A stretch of 64,000 bases of DNA from Planctomycetota bacterium (GCA_965248575.1 CBDFJQ010000002.1:3680001-3744000), one strand, 5' to 3'. Shown: positions 44,690-54,806, counted from the first letter of the stretch. The notes: generated from the sequence alone by a model not told the origin. Numbers and translations: made by a program.

Positions 44690-44863
44690 GGCGTGAGTTC
44701 CGTTCGGGAGAGAGGCTGCGTCGGGGGCCGATCATTCCAGGGTGGGCCGGGAAGCGCCAGGAGAGAGGTGTGCTCCACGCCGATCCCTTCGACTTGCAGG
44801 CTCACTCTGTCCAATGCCGTACGCTTCACGACTCCCTGAACAGAATCGACTCGGAGAGGCTGC

Positions 44864-46360
44864 ATGAGCTGCGGATGGCGTGCGCGGGTTTGGATCGTTG
44901 TGGGTCTGCTTGGGTTGGCTGCCTGCAACTCGCCCGGTCATGGCCTGGAGAGCCGCCCACCGAACATCGTGTTCATTCTCGCGGACGATCTCGGCTTCGG
45001 TGAGCTGGGCTCCTACGGGCAGCAGAAGATTCGCACACCGCACCTGGATCGCCTGGCTGCGGAGGGTATGCGCTTCACGCAACACATCGCAGGCAGCGCC
45101 GTTTGCGCCCCGTCGCGTTGTGTGTTGATGACAGGGCTGCACCCGGGACACGCACAGGTACGGGATAACAAGGAGGTGAAGCCCGAGGGCCAGATGGCGC
45201 TGGTCGAGGGCACGCTGACCGTGGCGAGGGCGCTCCAGGAACGCGGGTACGTGACCGGCGCCTTCGGAAAGTGGGGCCTCGGGGCGCCGGGCTCGGTGGG
45301 CGAACCCTTGCAGCAGGGCTTCGAGCGTTTCTATGGCTACAACTGCCAACGCGTCGCGCACAACTACTACCCCACCTCGCTCTGGGACGACGCGAAGCCG
45401 GTGGTGCTCAACAACCCGGCCTTCCCCGCGCACGATCGCCTTCGAGACGACGAAGACCCGTCGCAGGCCGAGTCCTTCGCTCGCTTCGTGGGCGAGGACT
45501 ACGCGCCCGACCTCATCAGCGAGCAGGCCCTGGCGTTCGTGGACCAACACGCTGACGAACCGTTCTTCCTCTACTGGCCCACGGTGGTGCCGCACCTGGC
45601 GTTGCAGGTGCCCGAAGATTCCTTGGCGGAGTACGAGGGGCTTTGGGAAGACGCACCCTACGTCGGGGGCAAGGGCTATCTGCCGCACCCGTCACCGCGC
45701 GCGGCCTACGCGGCAATGATCACGCGCATGGATCGCGACATCGGTCGACTCATGCAACGCCTCGAAGAACTTGGGCTCGAGAACGACACGCTGTTCGTCT
45801 TCACGAGCGACAACGGGCCCACCTACGATCGACTTGGCGGTTCCGACAGCGAGTTCTTTGAAAGCGCCGCAGGTTTGAGTGGCTTGAAGGGCTCCTTGGG
45901 CGAAGGAGGCGTGCGCGTGCCGTGCATCGTGCGGCTGCCCGGAGTGATCGAGGCCGGCACGACCTCGGATCGCCTGACAGGCTTTGAGGATTGGCTGCCG
46001 ACGCTGCTCGCGCTGGCCGGTGCAGACGGCCTGGCCACAGGCAGCACGGATGGGCTCAGTTTTCTGCCGACCCTGAGCGGTGAGTCGCAGGAGGCTCGGC
46101 CGTTCCTCTACCGGGAGTTCGCTGGATACGGGGGACAGCAATCCGTGCGCGTGGATCGATGGAAGGCGGTGCGGCGCCGACTGAAGGCCCAAGAAGCGGG
46201 GCAGAGCATCGTCACCGAGCTCTACGACCTGCGGACGGACCCCGGAGAAACAACCGATGTCGCCGGGGAGTATCCCGATGTGTTGGCACGGCTGGAGCAG
46301 TTGATGCGCGCCGAACACGAGACGAGCCCGCACTTCCCCATGCCTGTGCTGGACGGCTGA
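44864..46360 (+). CDS. Arylsulfatase (formylglycine-dependent), lipoprotein
   Basis: PNIVFILADDLG, CAPSR...LMTG, GKWGLG, FTSDNG, GLKGSLGEGGVRVP, ELYDLRTDPGE; lipobox LAAC. Confidence 0.95.
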   Translation: MSCGWRARVWIVVGLLGLAACNSPGHGLESRPPNIVFILADDLGFGELGSYGQQKIRTPHLDRLAAEGMRFTQHIAGSAVCAPSRCVLMTGLHPGHAQVRDNKEVKPEGQMALVEGTLTVARALQERGYVTGAFGKWGLGAPGSVGEPLQQGFERFYGYNCQRVAHNYYPTSLWDDAKPVVLNNPAFPAHDRLRDDEDPSQAESFARFVGEDYAPDLISEQALAFVDQHADEPFFLYWPTVVPHLALQVPEDSLAEYEGLWEDAPYVGGKGYLPHPSPRAAYAAMITRMDRDIGRLMQRLEELGLENDTLFVFTSDNGPTYDRLGGSDSEFFESAAGLSGLKGSLGEGGVRVPCIVRLPGVIEAGTTSDRLTGFEDWLPTLLALAGADGLATGSTDGLSFLPTLSGESQEARPFLYREFAGYGGQQSVRVDRWKAVRRRLKAQEAGQSIVTELYDLRTDPGETTDVAGEYPDVLARLEQLMRAEHETSPHFPMPVLDG

Positions 46361-46429
46361 GCCCGGCCCGGCATCGCCAGAGCAGCCGCTGGCTGGTAGA
46401 ACGTGCCCTTCTCTCAGGAGGAGACCCGC

Positions 46430-48286
46430 ATGAGCGACCCCGGCAGCGACTCGAATGGCGAGCAGGACACGCGCCTCGACAACCACGGATCCTTCTGGCC
46501 GAAGCTCCGGCCTAGTGAGTGGCTGACCTTTGCGGCGCTCGCGGGCGCACTTGCCGCGGCGAACATCTACACGACCTTGCTCATCGGGTGGGGTGACACG
46601 GGCTCCATCATCGCGGTGCTGGGTTCGGTGCTCGTGCTCGGTCTGATCGGTGGGCGCATGCATTCCGTGCACACCATCAACCTGGGCCAGACCATGGCGA
46701 GCGCTGGTGGCTCCATGGGGTTCGCCATGGCGAGCTACGCCGCCGTCTACCTGCTGGACCCCGAGTTCGTGGAGGCCTACAAGCCGGACCCCTTCACGCT
46801 CTTCCTCATGTTCTGCGTCATGGGTTGGATGGGCGCGATGGTGGGCTCGAGCGTGCGCCGGGCCATGGTGGGCTACTTCTTCCCATCGGGTACGGCCTGC
46901 GCGGTGATCCAGGACACGGTCACGAAGCCCGTGGCCCCAGGTGAGCGCAACCGCCCTGTCTTCCTGCTGAAGATCTGGGGCAGCCTGGCCGCCGTGCTCG
47001 CGACCCTCAAGCTCGCAGCCTTCAAGGACCCGGTCCAAGGCGGGCACGCCCTGCTGCAAGACATCAAGTGGAAGGTGAGCTCGGTGAACGGTGTCGAGCG
47101 GATGCTTGGCTTGGGCACCGACGTGCTCTTCTACGGCATCGGTCTGGTGGTGGGCCCGCGCGTCGGGCTCGGCATGGTGATCGGTGCGTTGGCGGGGCCC
47201 TTCGTGATCCTGCCGTCGTTGGCGGGGACGGTGCCCGACGACACGCTCGGCGCGGCTTTCGGCGACTGGAATCTGTGGATGGCCATCGCCGTGATGACCT
47301 TGCCCACGTTTGCGGCGATCCTCTTCGCCTACAGGTTCAAGGTGCCGCCGGTGATTCCACCGGGCTTCCACCCAGGCAAGACGGCCTACAACGCGCCGGA
47401 TGGTGCACGCGTGCGCACGGCCTTCATCGTGATCGTGGCGGCGGGTGTCCTGGCGTGGACGGCGCAGACCATCTTCGAGATCCAGTGGTACGTGGTCTTC
47501 GCCACGATGCTGCTCGCCTGGCCGCTGTGCGTCATCAATGGGCGCGTGGCCGGGGACACGGACATCAACCCCGTGCGCCTCGTGGCCATCGTGTTCCTGG
47601 CGGGTTTCTTCTGGATGGTGGAGAGCGGCAACCAGCTGGCGATCATGGGCATGGCGGTGCTGGCCGGGACCATGGCCGCCGTGGCCGTGGACATGCTGCA
47701 GGACTACCGCACCGGCTACCTCGTGGACGCCAACCCGACGCACCAGACAGCGGTGCAGCTGGTGGGCACGGTGATCGGTGCCGCCGTGGCGGTGCCGACG
47801 TTGACGGTGCTCATGGAGACCATGGGGGGTATCGGCCCGGAGACCACGCTCAAGGCGCCAGGGGCACAAGCCTGGTCCGGCGTGGCCAAGGCCGCGGCGA
47901 ACGGGCGCGATTGGCCCGAGGGACAGGTGGCCTGGCTGATCGGCGTGAGCCTGTTCTTCTGCGGCTACGCCTGGCTCACGGTGTGGCCCAAGACCGCGAA
48001 GTGGATGCCGTCACTGTTCGGTATCGGCATCGGCATGCTGCTCGGAGTCGATGCCTGCGCAGCGATCTTTGCAGGCGGCCTGCTGAAGAGCCTCGTCACC
48101 TTGTTCTACACGAAGGGTACGAGCGGCGACGCTCGGGCCGAGTCCTTGGACAAGGCCGGCAACGACACGATGCTGGTGGGGGCGTCCATCTTCGCTGCCG
48201 CGGCCATCATGAGCGTGGGTCTGGTCTTCGGCGAGTCCTTGCTCGACGCCATGGGTGTGCACTTCTACTGGGTCGGCGGGCACTGA
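46430..48286 (+). CDS. OPT/YSL family oligopeptide transporter
   Basis: AANIY, NLGQTMASAG, FPSGTACA, GDTDINP, DMLQDYRTGYLV, LKAPGAQAW; many TMs; AGGAGG SD. Confidence 0.88.
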   Translation: MSDPGSDSNGEQDTRLDNHGSFWPKLRPSEWLTFAALAGALAAANIYTTLLIGWGDTGSIIAVLGSVLVLGLIGGRMHSVHTINLGQTMASAGGSMGFAMASYAAVYLLDPEFVEAYKPDPFTLFLMFCVMGWMGAMVGSSVRRAMVGYFFPSGTACAVIQDTVTKPVAPGERNRPVFLLKIWGSLAAVLATLKLAAFKDPVQGGHALLQDIKWKVSSVNGVERMLGLGTDVLFYGIGLVVGPRVGLGMVIGALAGPFVILPSLAGTVPDDTLGAAFGDWNLWMAIAVMTLPTFAAILFAYRFKVPPVIPPGFHPGKTAYNAPDGARVRTAFIVIVAAGVLAWTAQTIFEIQWYVVFATMLLAWPLCVINGRVAGDTDINPVRLVAIVFLAGFFWMVESGNQLAIMGMAVLAGTMAAVAVDMLQDYRTGYLVDANPTHQTAVQLVGTVIGAAVAVPTLTVLMETMGGIGPETTLKAPGAQAWSGVAKAAANGRDWPEGQVAWLIGVSLFFCGYAWLTVWPKTAKWMPSLFGIGIGMLLGVDACAAIFAGGLLKSLVTLFYTKGTSGDARAESLDKAGNDTMLVGASIFAAAAIMSVGLVFGESLLDAMGVHFYWVGGH

Positions 48287-48319
48287 TCGACACCCGCTGA
48301 CAGCCCCGCTTCCGATGGC

Positions 48320-51300
48320 TTACGAAAAGAAGATGAGGTAGAGCACCAGGGCCAGCAGAGCCAACAACAGCAGCCATCCGATGCGAATCGACGACGTGTC
48401 GTCGGACAAGTCATCGCCGCCCGAGCCTGTGCCCCCAGGGTCGGGGCCGGGGCTATCTTGGGGGACGAAAGGCTTCTGCTTGTCGGGGTCCACGACGACG
48501 GTCGGGCTGGAGCTGGGCAGGCCATCCCCGGCGCCCTCCCCGCCCTCGTACGCAGCGCGAATGTCATGGTCGCCGGTCGTCAGGTCGCTGGTGTCGAAGC
48601 ACGCGCGTCCCTTGGCGTCGAGGGTGGCGAGGGAACTTTCGGCGACACCGTCCACGAAGAAGCGCACCTGGCCCTTCGGAGTTGGACGGCCGCTTGTCAG
48701 GCGCAGCACGATGGCCGTGACGCCGATGCGCCCGGCGAGCTCTGGGCAACGGGCGCCCTCCACCAGCTGCACGCGGGTGCCCCGCAGCTTGAGGTCCTGT
48801 GCGAAGAGGTAGCCCTCGGCGAAGCTTTCGTCCCCCGTGGTGGCGACGTCGAAGACGCAATCGGTGTGCAGGCCATCGAGGGTCACGGCTTGGCAGACCT
48901 GCTCAGCCTGTGCCAGCGGCATGCCGGCCGGAAGTGGTACGCCAGGCATCTCGAAGCCGGGCTGGAGCACGCAGGGTGGGGACTCGGCGGGCCAACCCCT
49001 GTCGGTGAAGGTGGCGGTGGAGGTGTCGCGCTCGTAGACGAACAGGCTGCTGGCATCGTCCACGCGCCAGGAGTCGGCGAAGGTCTTGTAGAGCTGTTCG
49101 TAGCGCTTGCTGAGGCTTGCGGGCATGGAACCCACGGTCGCACCGCTCGAAAGTGTGGGCAGCCAGCTGTGTTGAGGGATGCTGCCCATGAGCCCCTCGT
49201 CTGCCTGCGTGTTGCTGACGCTGACGTCCATGTACCAGACGCTGTGGCTCGTCCAGAACCTCGGTGTGACGGTGAGCACTGCGTGTTGCGCGTAGTCCAC
49301 CCGCAGGCCCAGCTCTCCATCGGAGTCGAAGGTGCTGATGCGATGACCGCCTGGGAGATCAAGCCCACTCGTGGGCAGTTGGGCTGGCTTGCCGTTGAGG
49401 TAGAACTGGAGGCCGTCACCTTCGCGGTTCGGTTGGTAGCTGAGGTGATGGCCACCGACCCGGGCCGCGACGGCGGTGTTCAGGCTGACGCAGGTCTTGA
49501 GCCCGGAGTGGCTGTCCGTGATGGGGTTGGCCGTGAGCACGGGTGTTTGGCGCGTCTGCACTTCGAGATCCATCCGGTCGCGCAGGGCGATGAATTCGCC
49601 GACCGCCTGGAAGTCATAGCGCTGGCCGTCCACGGTGTGGATATGAGGGTCGCCGTTGTCGGATCCGTCGTCCGTGCCTCCGATCTTCAACCGGAAGACG
49701 GTCTGGTCCCTGCGGCCGTTGCCGTCCTCCGCAGTGATGAAGACGAAAGTGATGAGCTCGACCGTCATTCCGGTGCTGTCGAACTCCCAATCCCAGGTGC
49801 CGGCGACGGGGTCGCTGGCCAGCACACCCAACGAGGTCGTCAGGTTGACGGTCTCACCAGGGTCGGGGTGGCCGAAGGTGCCGTGGCGTTCGGCAAGGGC
49901 ATCGAACGGGGCGTAGGCCCAGGAGCCACCCACATCCACGAAGGGCTTCTCGCCGCCGCCGTTCGCGGTGACGACGAGCTCGCTGATCATGCCCTGGTGA
50001 GCGTGGAAGAAGATGTGGCAGTGGAACAGCCAGCGGCCAAAGGCCCCGCCCATGGTCGTGCCGTCGTGCAGCGGCCGGTCGGCGAAGTGCACGCGGGCCG
50101 TGAGCACGTACTGGCTGGGGACATCGATGTTGTCGCGGTATTCGACGTAGGCCCAGACGTAGCTCCCCGAACCAGCAGGTGCGCCCGACCCTGGGGTGAG
50201 GGAGATCGGTTGCACCGAGAAGCCGTGCATGTGGAAGGGGTGATGCGCCCCGGTGGTGTTGCTGACCGTGAGTTCTACAGAGGTGTCGAACTCGCCGTAG
50301 CGCGCCGAGCCGAAGTGGGGCTTGGCGCTGTAGGGGCCGGCACCACCGGTGGAGCTGCCGATGCCGTTGATGCCCAGCACGCCCCCGGCATTCGTGAGCT
50401 GGATGTCCGGGGTCGAAAGGCCCGGCTTGGTCGGGCTGAAGCTCCCCGGGTCGAGCACGGACCCGAAGGGCCCTGGGAGCGACGTCAGGCTCGCCCCTGC
50501 AACTGAGGAGAGCAGTGCAGTGCCCGCGCCGATCGTGTAGGGCGTCCTCGTGCCGGTGACCTCAAAGTGGGCCACGGGTTGGGTCGGGATGACCGAGTAT
50601 CCCGCCCCCGTGCGCTCCAGGTCCTGGGTCCAGAGAGTGAGAGTGCCCGTGGCCGACGCCGGGATGGCGGCCACGAAATCCGCCCGGCTCGCCGGGGGGA
50701 GCATGATCTCGCCGGAGGTGATCTTGGTGTCGAATCCACTGAGCACGCCGCCTTCCACCACGGCGTCATTCAGCAGCCCGCCCTCCCCGCCGATGCGCAC
50801 GAGAGGGACCTGTGCTCCCGTAGAGGTCGTGAGGATCAACCGGAAGAAGCGGGTGGTCGCCGCGTTGACCACCTGCATGCGAAGGCCCTGGCCCGCGTCG
50901 ACGGGGCGGGTGAGGGCCGCCGCTCCCAGGGCCCCTGGCGCCGAGGGCTCACCTGCACGAGCGCCGACGTTGACGCCGTTGGTCAGGATCGTCTGGCCTT
51001 CGTTGGTGCGGCCGGGGCCCGCACGTTGGATGTTGGGCACATCGCCGGCGGCAAAGGGCCCCGACGCAGCACTGCCGTCTTCATTCAGCGGGCTGAGTTC
51101 GCACAGGTCTTCGGGGGAGGGGCCCGGTTGGACTGTGCTGCTGCTCAGGAAGGGGAGCGCGGGGTTATAGGTTGCCGAGTCGTTGTCCATCACCGCCTTG
51201 CAGACCGTGATGTCGCTGAGCAGCAACGGCAAGGTGTCGGCCGCAGCGGGAATCGTGCCGGCTGAGACGAGGGTTGCCTCGTTGGGGTCCGTGACAACGA

Positions 51301-51715
51301 TCATCCCGTACGAGCCGCGCAGCACCCGGTTGGTCGAGTGGTGGTGGTGCGGGTGGTACCAGAAGATGCCGGGCCGCGGAACCGTGAACATGTAGAGGTA
51401 GGTCCCACCTGGTGGGACGCCATTCTGGGTCACCGGCGTACCGTCGGCCGAGTTGAGCATCTCGATACCGTGCCAGTGGATGCCGCTGTCGTGGGGCAGG
51501 TTGTTCTTCAGGCGCACGATGAGCGTGTCGCCGACAGTGAGTCGGATCGTGGGGCCCGGCACCTCGCCGTTGTAGGTCTCCACATTCGCCATGACCCCGG
51601 CACCGATGTCGCGCGTCTGCAGCGAGGTGGTGATGGTGAACTCGAAGACGCCCGGCGTGGTAGGCAGCGGATCTTCCGCATCCGACAAGACGTACGGACC
51701 CATTCCCGTGGTCAT
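48320..51715 (-). CDS. Multicopper oxidase fused to VWD and Ig-like domains with a C-terminal membrane anchor
   Basis: HWHG, WYHPH, HPFHMHG, HCHIFFHAHQGM; VWD GDPHIHTVDGQRYDFQAVGEF...CVFDV; Ig-like TPKGQVRFFVDG...GDHDIRAAYEG; hydrophobic tail. Start at ATG 51715 with GGAG SD. Confidence 0.88.
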   Translation of the reverse strand: MTTGMGPYVLSDAEDPLPTTPGVFEFTITTSLQTRDIGAGVMANVETYNGEVPGPTIRLTVGDTLIVRLKNNLPHDSGIHWHGIEMLNSADGTPVTQNGVPPGGTYLYMFTVPRPGIFWYHPHHHHSTNRVLRGSYGMIVVTDPNEATLVSAGTIPAAADTLPLLLSDITVCKAVMDNDSATYNPALPFLSSSTVQPGPSPEDLCELSPLNEDGSAASGPFAAGDVPNIQRAGPGRTNEGQTILTNGVNVGARAGEPSAPGALGAAALTRPVDAGQGLRMQVVNAATTRFFRLILTTSTGAQVPLVRIGGEGGLLNDAVVEGGVLSGFDTKITSGEIMLPPASRADFVAAIPASATGTLTLWTQDLERTGAGYSVIPTQPVAHFEVTGTRTPYTIGAGTALLSSVAGASLTSLPGPFGSVLDPGSFSPTKPGLSTPDIQLTNAGGVLGINGIGSSTGGAGPYSAKPHFGSARYGEFDTSVELTVSNTTGAHHPFHMHGFSVQPISLTPGSGAPAGSGSYVWAYVEYRDNIDVPSQYVLTARVHFADRPLHDGTTMGGAFGRWLFHCHIFFHAHQGMISELVVTANGGGEKPFVDVGGSWAYAPFDALAERHGTFGHPDPGETVNLTTSLGVLASDPVAGTWDWEFDSTGMTVELITFVFITAEDGNGRRDQTVFRLKIGGTDDGSDNGDPHIHTVDGQRYDFQAVGEFIALRDRMDLEVQTRQTPVLTANPITDSHSGLKTCVSLNTAVAARVGGHHLSYQPNREGDGLQFYLNGKPAQLPTSGLDLPGGHRISTFDSDGELGLRVDYAQHAVLTVTPRFWTSHSVWYMDVSVSNTQADEGLMGSIPQHSWLPTLSSGATVGSMPASLSKRYEQLYKTFADSWRVDDASSLFVYERDTSTATFTDRGWPAESPPCVLQPGFEMPGVPLPAGMPLAQAEQVCQAVTLDGLHTDCVFDVATTGDESFAEGYLFAQDLKLRGTRVQLVEGARCPELAGRIGVTAIVLRLTSGRPTPKGQVRFFVDGVAESSLATLDAKGRACFDTSDLTTGDHDIRAAYEGGEGAGDGLPSSSPTVVVDPDKQKPFVPQDSPGPDPGGTGSGGDDLSDDTSSIRIGWLLLLALLALVLYLIFFS

Positions 51716-51928
51716 GGTTCTTCTCCCGGTTCGTGTGCACTCGCTTCCCCAGCGAGGGCCCCAGAGTCCCACGACCTCCAGCGTGCGTCCAGGCCTACGT
51801 GAAGCTCCACCCGGACTGGGCGTTCCGATTCCTGCATCAGCCCCACCCCGCTGGGCTGACGCAGGGGTATGCTGCCGCCCCCGCACTCATCGTCGCTACG
51901 ACGACCTTCTCATTGCTGGAAGCTGCCC

Positions 51929-53077
51929 ATGCTCGTTCGCCTGTCCCGACTGTCTGCCTGCTTGCTCGCTTTCCTGTTCACGGGGGCTGCGCTGCATGCC
52001 GACGTCAGCTTGGATTCGCTGTTGCCCGTAGAAGGCACCGTCGGCACTCCGCTCGATGTGCAGCTCATGGGCGACATCGGGAAGGGCAAGCCCAAGTTGT
52101 GGTTCACGCTGGCTGACGACGACTCCAAGAAGCCGCGCAAGACGAAGCTCAAGGTGACCGAGGTCACCGACATGGGCGGCAGCCTGTTCTGCCTCGCGAC
52201 CTCGTTCAAGAAGACGAAGACCGGCGCAGGTGTCTACGATCTGCACGTCAAGCCGAAGGGCAAGGGCCTGATCGAGCAGGTGTTCCCTGCAGCCTTCACC
52301 ATGCGCGACCCCAGCGTGGACGAAGCCGACCCGGATTCAGCCAACTCCAAGGACGTGATCGAGATCACGGGGGAGTTCTTCGGCGGCGGGCCGGCCAAGC
52401 CCAGGGTGCTGTTGGTTCCTACGACAGGCGGCAAGATCAAGAAGGCCAAGGTGCAGGAGCTCACGGACGGTGCGAGCCTGATGGTGAAGCTGCCCAAGTT
52501 GAGCGACGGGATCTACGACGTGGCCGTCATCACCAAGGTGGGGCTCGGGCTCCTGGAGGCCGGCCTGTCCATCGTCAACATCGGGGGAGGGGGAGGCGGG
52601 TCCTTCAAGGATCACCTGAGCATGACGCTCGCCAGTGTCGAGCAGACCCTGCTGACGACACAGTATGAAGCGAAGGGCCCGAATCACGGGGGCTCGGTCT
52701 TGTTCGCCATCAACCAGAGCATGCCGGGCTTTCCCATCACGATCATCACCTCGAAGATGATCTTCGGAATCGACAAGGGCATCGGCATCTCGCTTGGTTT
52801 CCCCTTCGAACCGGGCGTCACTCCGACGCCGTTCACGTTCCAGATGGGGCAGACCAGCCCGCAGTTCAACATCGTGGTGAGCCAGGACATGCCCGACGCC
52901 GACTGGTGGACAGGCGGGGCCTTGATGGTGCCGGGTTCCGTGACGGTCAACTCGGCCACCAAGAAACGCATCAAGGGCAGCTTCCAGTTCACCCTGGTGC
53001 CTGCAACGCCATCGCCGGCAGCCGGCAACCTCGTGATCCAAAGCGCGGACTTCGACATTGGGCTGACGGTCTTCTAG
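51929..53077 (+). CDS. Secreted Lys-rich IPT/TIG-like protein, paralog of 40622..41752
   Basis: Signal peptide LHA|D; shared blocks GKPKLWFT, FKKTKTG, LMVKLPKL, PGVTPTPFT. Confidence 0.78.
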   Translation: MLVRLSRLSACLLAFLFTGAALHADVSLDSLLPVEGTVGTPLDVQLMGDIGKGKPKLWFTLADDDSKKPRKTKLKVTEVTDMGGSLFCLATSFKKTKTGAGVYDLHVKPKGKGLIEQVFPAAFTMRDPSVDEADPDSANSKDVIEITGEFFGGGPAKPRVLLVPTTGGKIKKAKVQELTDGASLMVKLPKLSDGIYDVAVITKVGLGLLEAGLSIVNIGGGGGGSFKDHLSMTLASVEQTLLTTQYEAKGPNHGGSVLFAINQSMPGFPITIITSKMIFGIDKGIGISLGFPFEPGVTPTPFTFQMGQTSPQFNIVVSQDMPDADWWTGGALMVPGSVTVNSATKKRIKGSFQFTLVPATPSPAAGNLVIQSADFDIGLTVF

Positions 53078-53080
53078 GGA

Positions 53081-53680
53081 GTGCCGCTCCAGGGGGGCCA
53101 AGAAACCGTCATCGGCGACTTCGCACCGGAGCTCCCGAGCTTCCTGCTCGTAGGGGCCGTCGTGACCGACCGCTCCTTCTACAAGCGCGTGAACTGGCTC
53201 GGGGCGATGCTCGTGGTGCCGGCGCTTGTCGTGTCGTACATCCTGGCGAAGGTGGGCCGGCTGCCCTACAGCCTGGAAGAGATGCTGCTCGTCACCGCCC
53301 CAGCGATCGTCCTGCTGACTCCCTTGCATGAAGGCACGCACTGGTTGGTGGCGCGACTCGGCGGAGTGCCCGCTCGGCATTGCCGCTTCGGGATGCTCTG
53401 GTCCCAGCTCATGCCGTACTTCCGGTCCCTGGTGCCGCTCCCCGTGCGGCGCTACCGGCTCGTGCTGCTGGGGCCGGGAGTCGGCTTGACGGTCGTGGCA
53501 GCCCTGATTGCCATCTGGCAGGCGGACCTGCGTTGGTGGCTGGTGGCGTGGGTCGCCTTCGCCGCTGGACTTGCTGACTACTACTGGTATTGGCGCCTGC
53601 GCGACGTGCCAAACGAACAGTGGGTCTGGGATCGCGCAGGCGTCGTCGGGATCGAGTGCTTGTCGGCTCGTGACCCGTGA
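53081..53680 (+). CDS. DUF3267 / putative zincin-like membrane metallopeptidase
   Basis: LHEGTH (HExxH) between TMs, FG...PY, RRYRLVLLGP, AGLADY. Confidence 0.7.
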   Translation: MPLQGGQETVIGDFAPELPSFLLVGAVVTDRSFYKRVNWLGAMLVVPALVVSYILAKVGRLPYSLEEMLLVTAPAIVLLTPLHEGTHWLVARLGGVPARHCRFGMLWSQLMPYFRSLVPLPVRRYRLVLLGPGVGLTVVAALIAIWQADLRWWLVAWVAFAAGLADYYWYWRLRDVPNEQWVWDRAGVVGIECLSARDP

Positions 53681-53708
53681 GTCCGCGGCCGACGTGACCC
53701 ACGCACCT

Positions 53709-53939
53709 TCAGCCCTGGCTGTGCGTCCCGTCACAGAGCGGTGGGTTTCCGGACTTTCCGCACTGACAGACGGCCACCTTGGCTTCGCTCTCGGCCTTGT
53801 AGAGCACCGGGGTCTTGTCGCTGCCGGTGCGGGCATGGCTGCCATCGCAGTAGGGCTTGTTGGCAGACTCGCCGCACGCGCAGAGGCGGTGAGAGCCTTC
53901 GGGGATCGTGCCGACCCAAGGTTGCGTTTCGTAGGGCAT
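53709..53939 (-). CDS. Two-CDGSH iron-sulfur (NEET, MiNT/CISD3-like) protein
   Basis: LCACGESANKPYCDGSH and VCQCGKSGNPPLCDGTH; GGAG SD before ATG 53939. Confidence 0.93.
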   Translation of the reverse strand: MPYETQPWVGTIPEGSHRLCACGESANKPYCDGSHARTGSDKTPVLYKAESEAKVAVCQCGKSGNPPLCDGTHSQG

Positions 53940-54227
53940 GGTGTGCTCCGATGGAGGGTGATTCGGGGGCGCACTGTACGTGCCAGGCACCCAGCACCTC
54001 GTGGCAGCTCGGGTTTTCCGCAAACCGCAAGGCGCTCTTGGTACACAACCCTTGTCTTGATGGCACGAGCTCTCACCGGGGTGGGCGCGCGTATCGCCTC
54101 ATCCTGTTGCCCTCTGCTCTCTCTCATGCATCGAAGTCACCGCTCCAAGGCACCTGGGTATACTCCGACGGCCGCACGTGCCCGAGCTGCTGCGGCCTCA
54201 AGAGCGCGGGTGACATCGAGGGGTGAC

Positions 54228-54806
54228 ATGAGCGACGAGGCTTTCGATCCCACACATCCCGACGACCTGGCACTCGCCCAGAGTGCCGTCGCCGGAGATC
54301 GGGAGGCTCGCCGCCAGTTCGCCCAGCGCATGCAGTGTGTGCCGCGCATGCTGGTGGTGATGAATCGTCGCCTGGTCGGGCGCGTGAGCAACGAGGACAT
54401 CGAAGACCTGGTGCAGGACACCCTGGTCACGGTCTGGAGACGGCTGGACACCTTCGGCGGCCGTGCGTCCCTGGAGACCTGGGTCTATCGTTTCTGCCGG
54501 TACCACCTCGCGAATCGAATCCGCTCGCTGGCGCGGCGGCCGGTGCATGTCACCGTGGAAACCTACGATCAGTCGCAGGAGACCACGAGCACCTTGCTTG
54601 AGTTCGAGGATGTGCACCGTGCGTTGGGTGAGCTGGAGCAGGCCACCGCGGACGTGCTGCGGCTCAAGCACTTCCGGCAGCTCAGCTTTCCCGAGATCGG
54701 GACGGCCTTGGGCATCTCCCCGAACACCGCCAAGACCCGCTACTACCGCGGGCTGACGGTTCTTCGCCGTATGCTGGAGCCCGGCCGAAGGGAGGTGGAC
54801 TCATGA
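54228..54806 (+). CDS. ECF RNA polymerase sigma factor
   Basis: Region 2 EDLVQDTLVTVWRRLDTFGGRASLETWVYRF; region 4 LSFPEIGTALGISPNTAKTRYYRGL. Confidence 0.92.
   Translation: MSDEAFDPTHPDDLALAQSAVAGDREARRQFAQRMQCVPRMLVVMNRRLVGRVSNEDIEDLVQDTLVTVWRRLDTFGGRASLETWVYRFCRYHLANRIRSLARRPVHVTVETYDQSQETTSTLLEFEDVHRALGELEQATADVLRLKHFRQLSFPEIGTALGISPNTAKTRYYRGLTVLRRMLEPGRREVDS

Noticed and set aside
51716..51886. Upstream extension of the multicopper oxidase containing SRR as a possible Tat signal
   Set aside because: No S/T-R-R-x-F-L consensus or hydrophobic h-region; an SD supports ATG 51715.
53508..54227. Long N-terminal extension of the ECF sigma ORF
   Set aside because: Overlaps the DUF3267 gene and the antisense CDGSH gene; sigma homology begins at ATG 54228, which has an SD-like GAGGGG.
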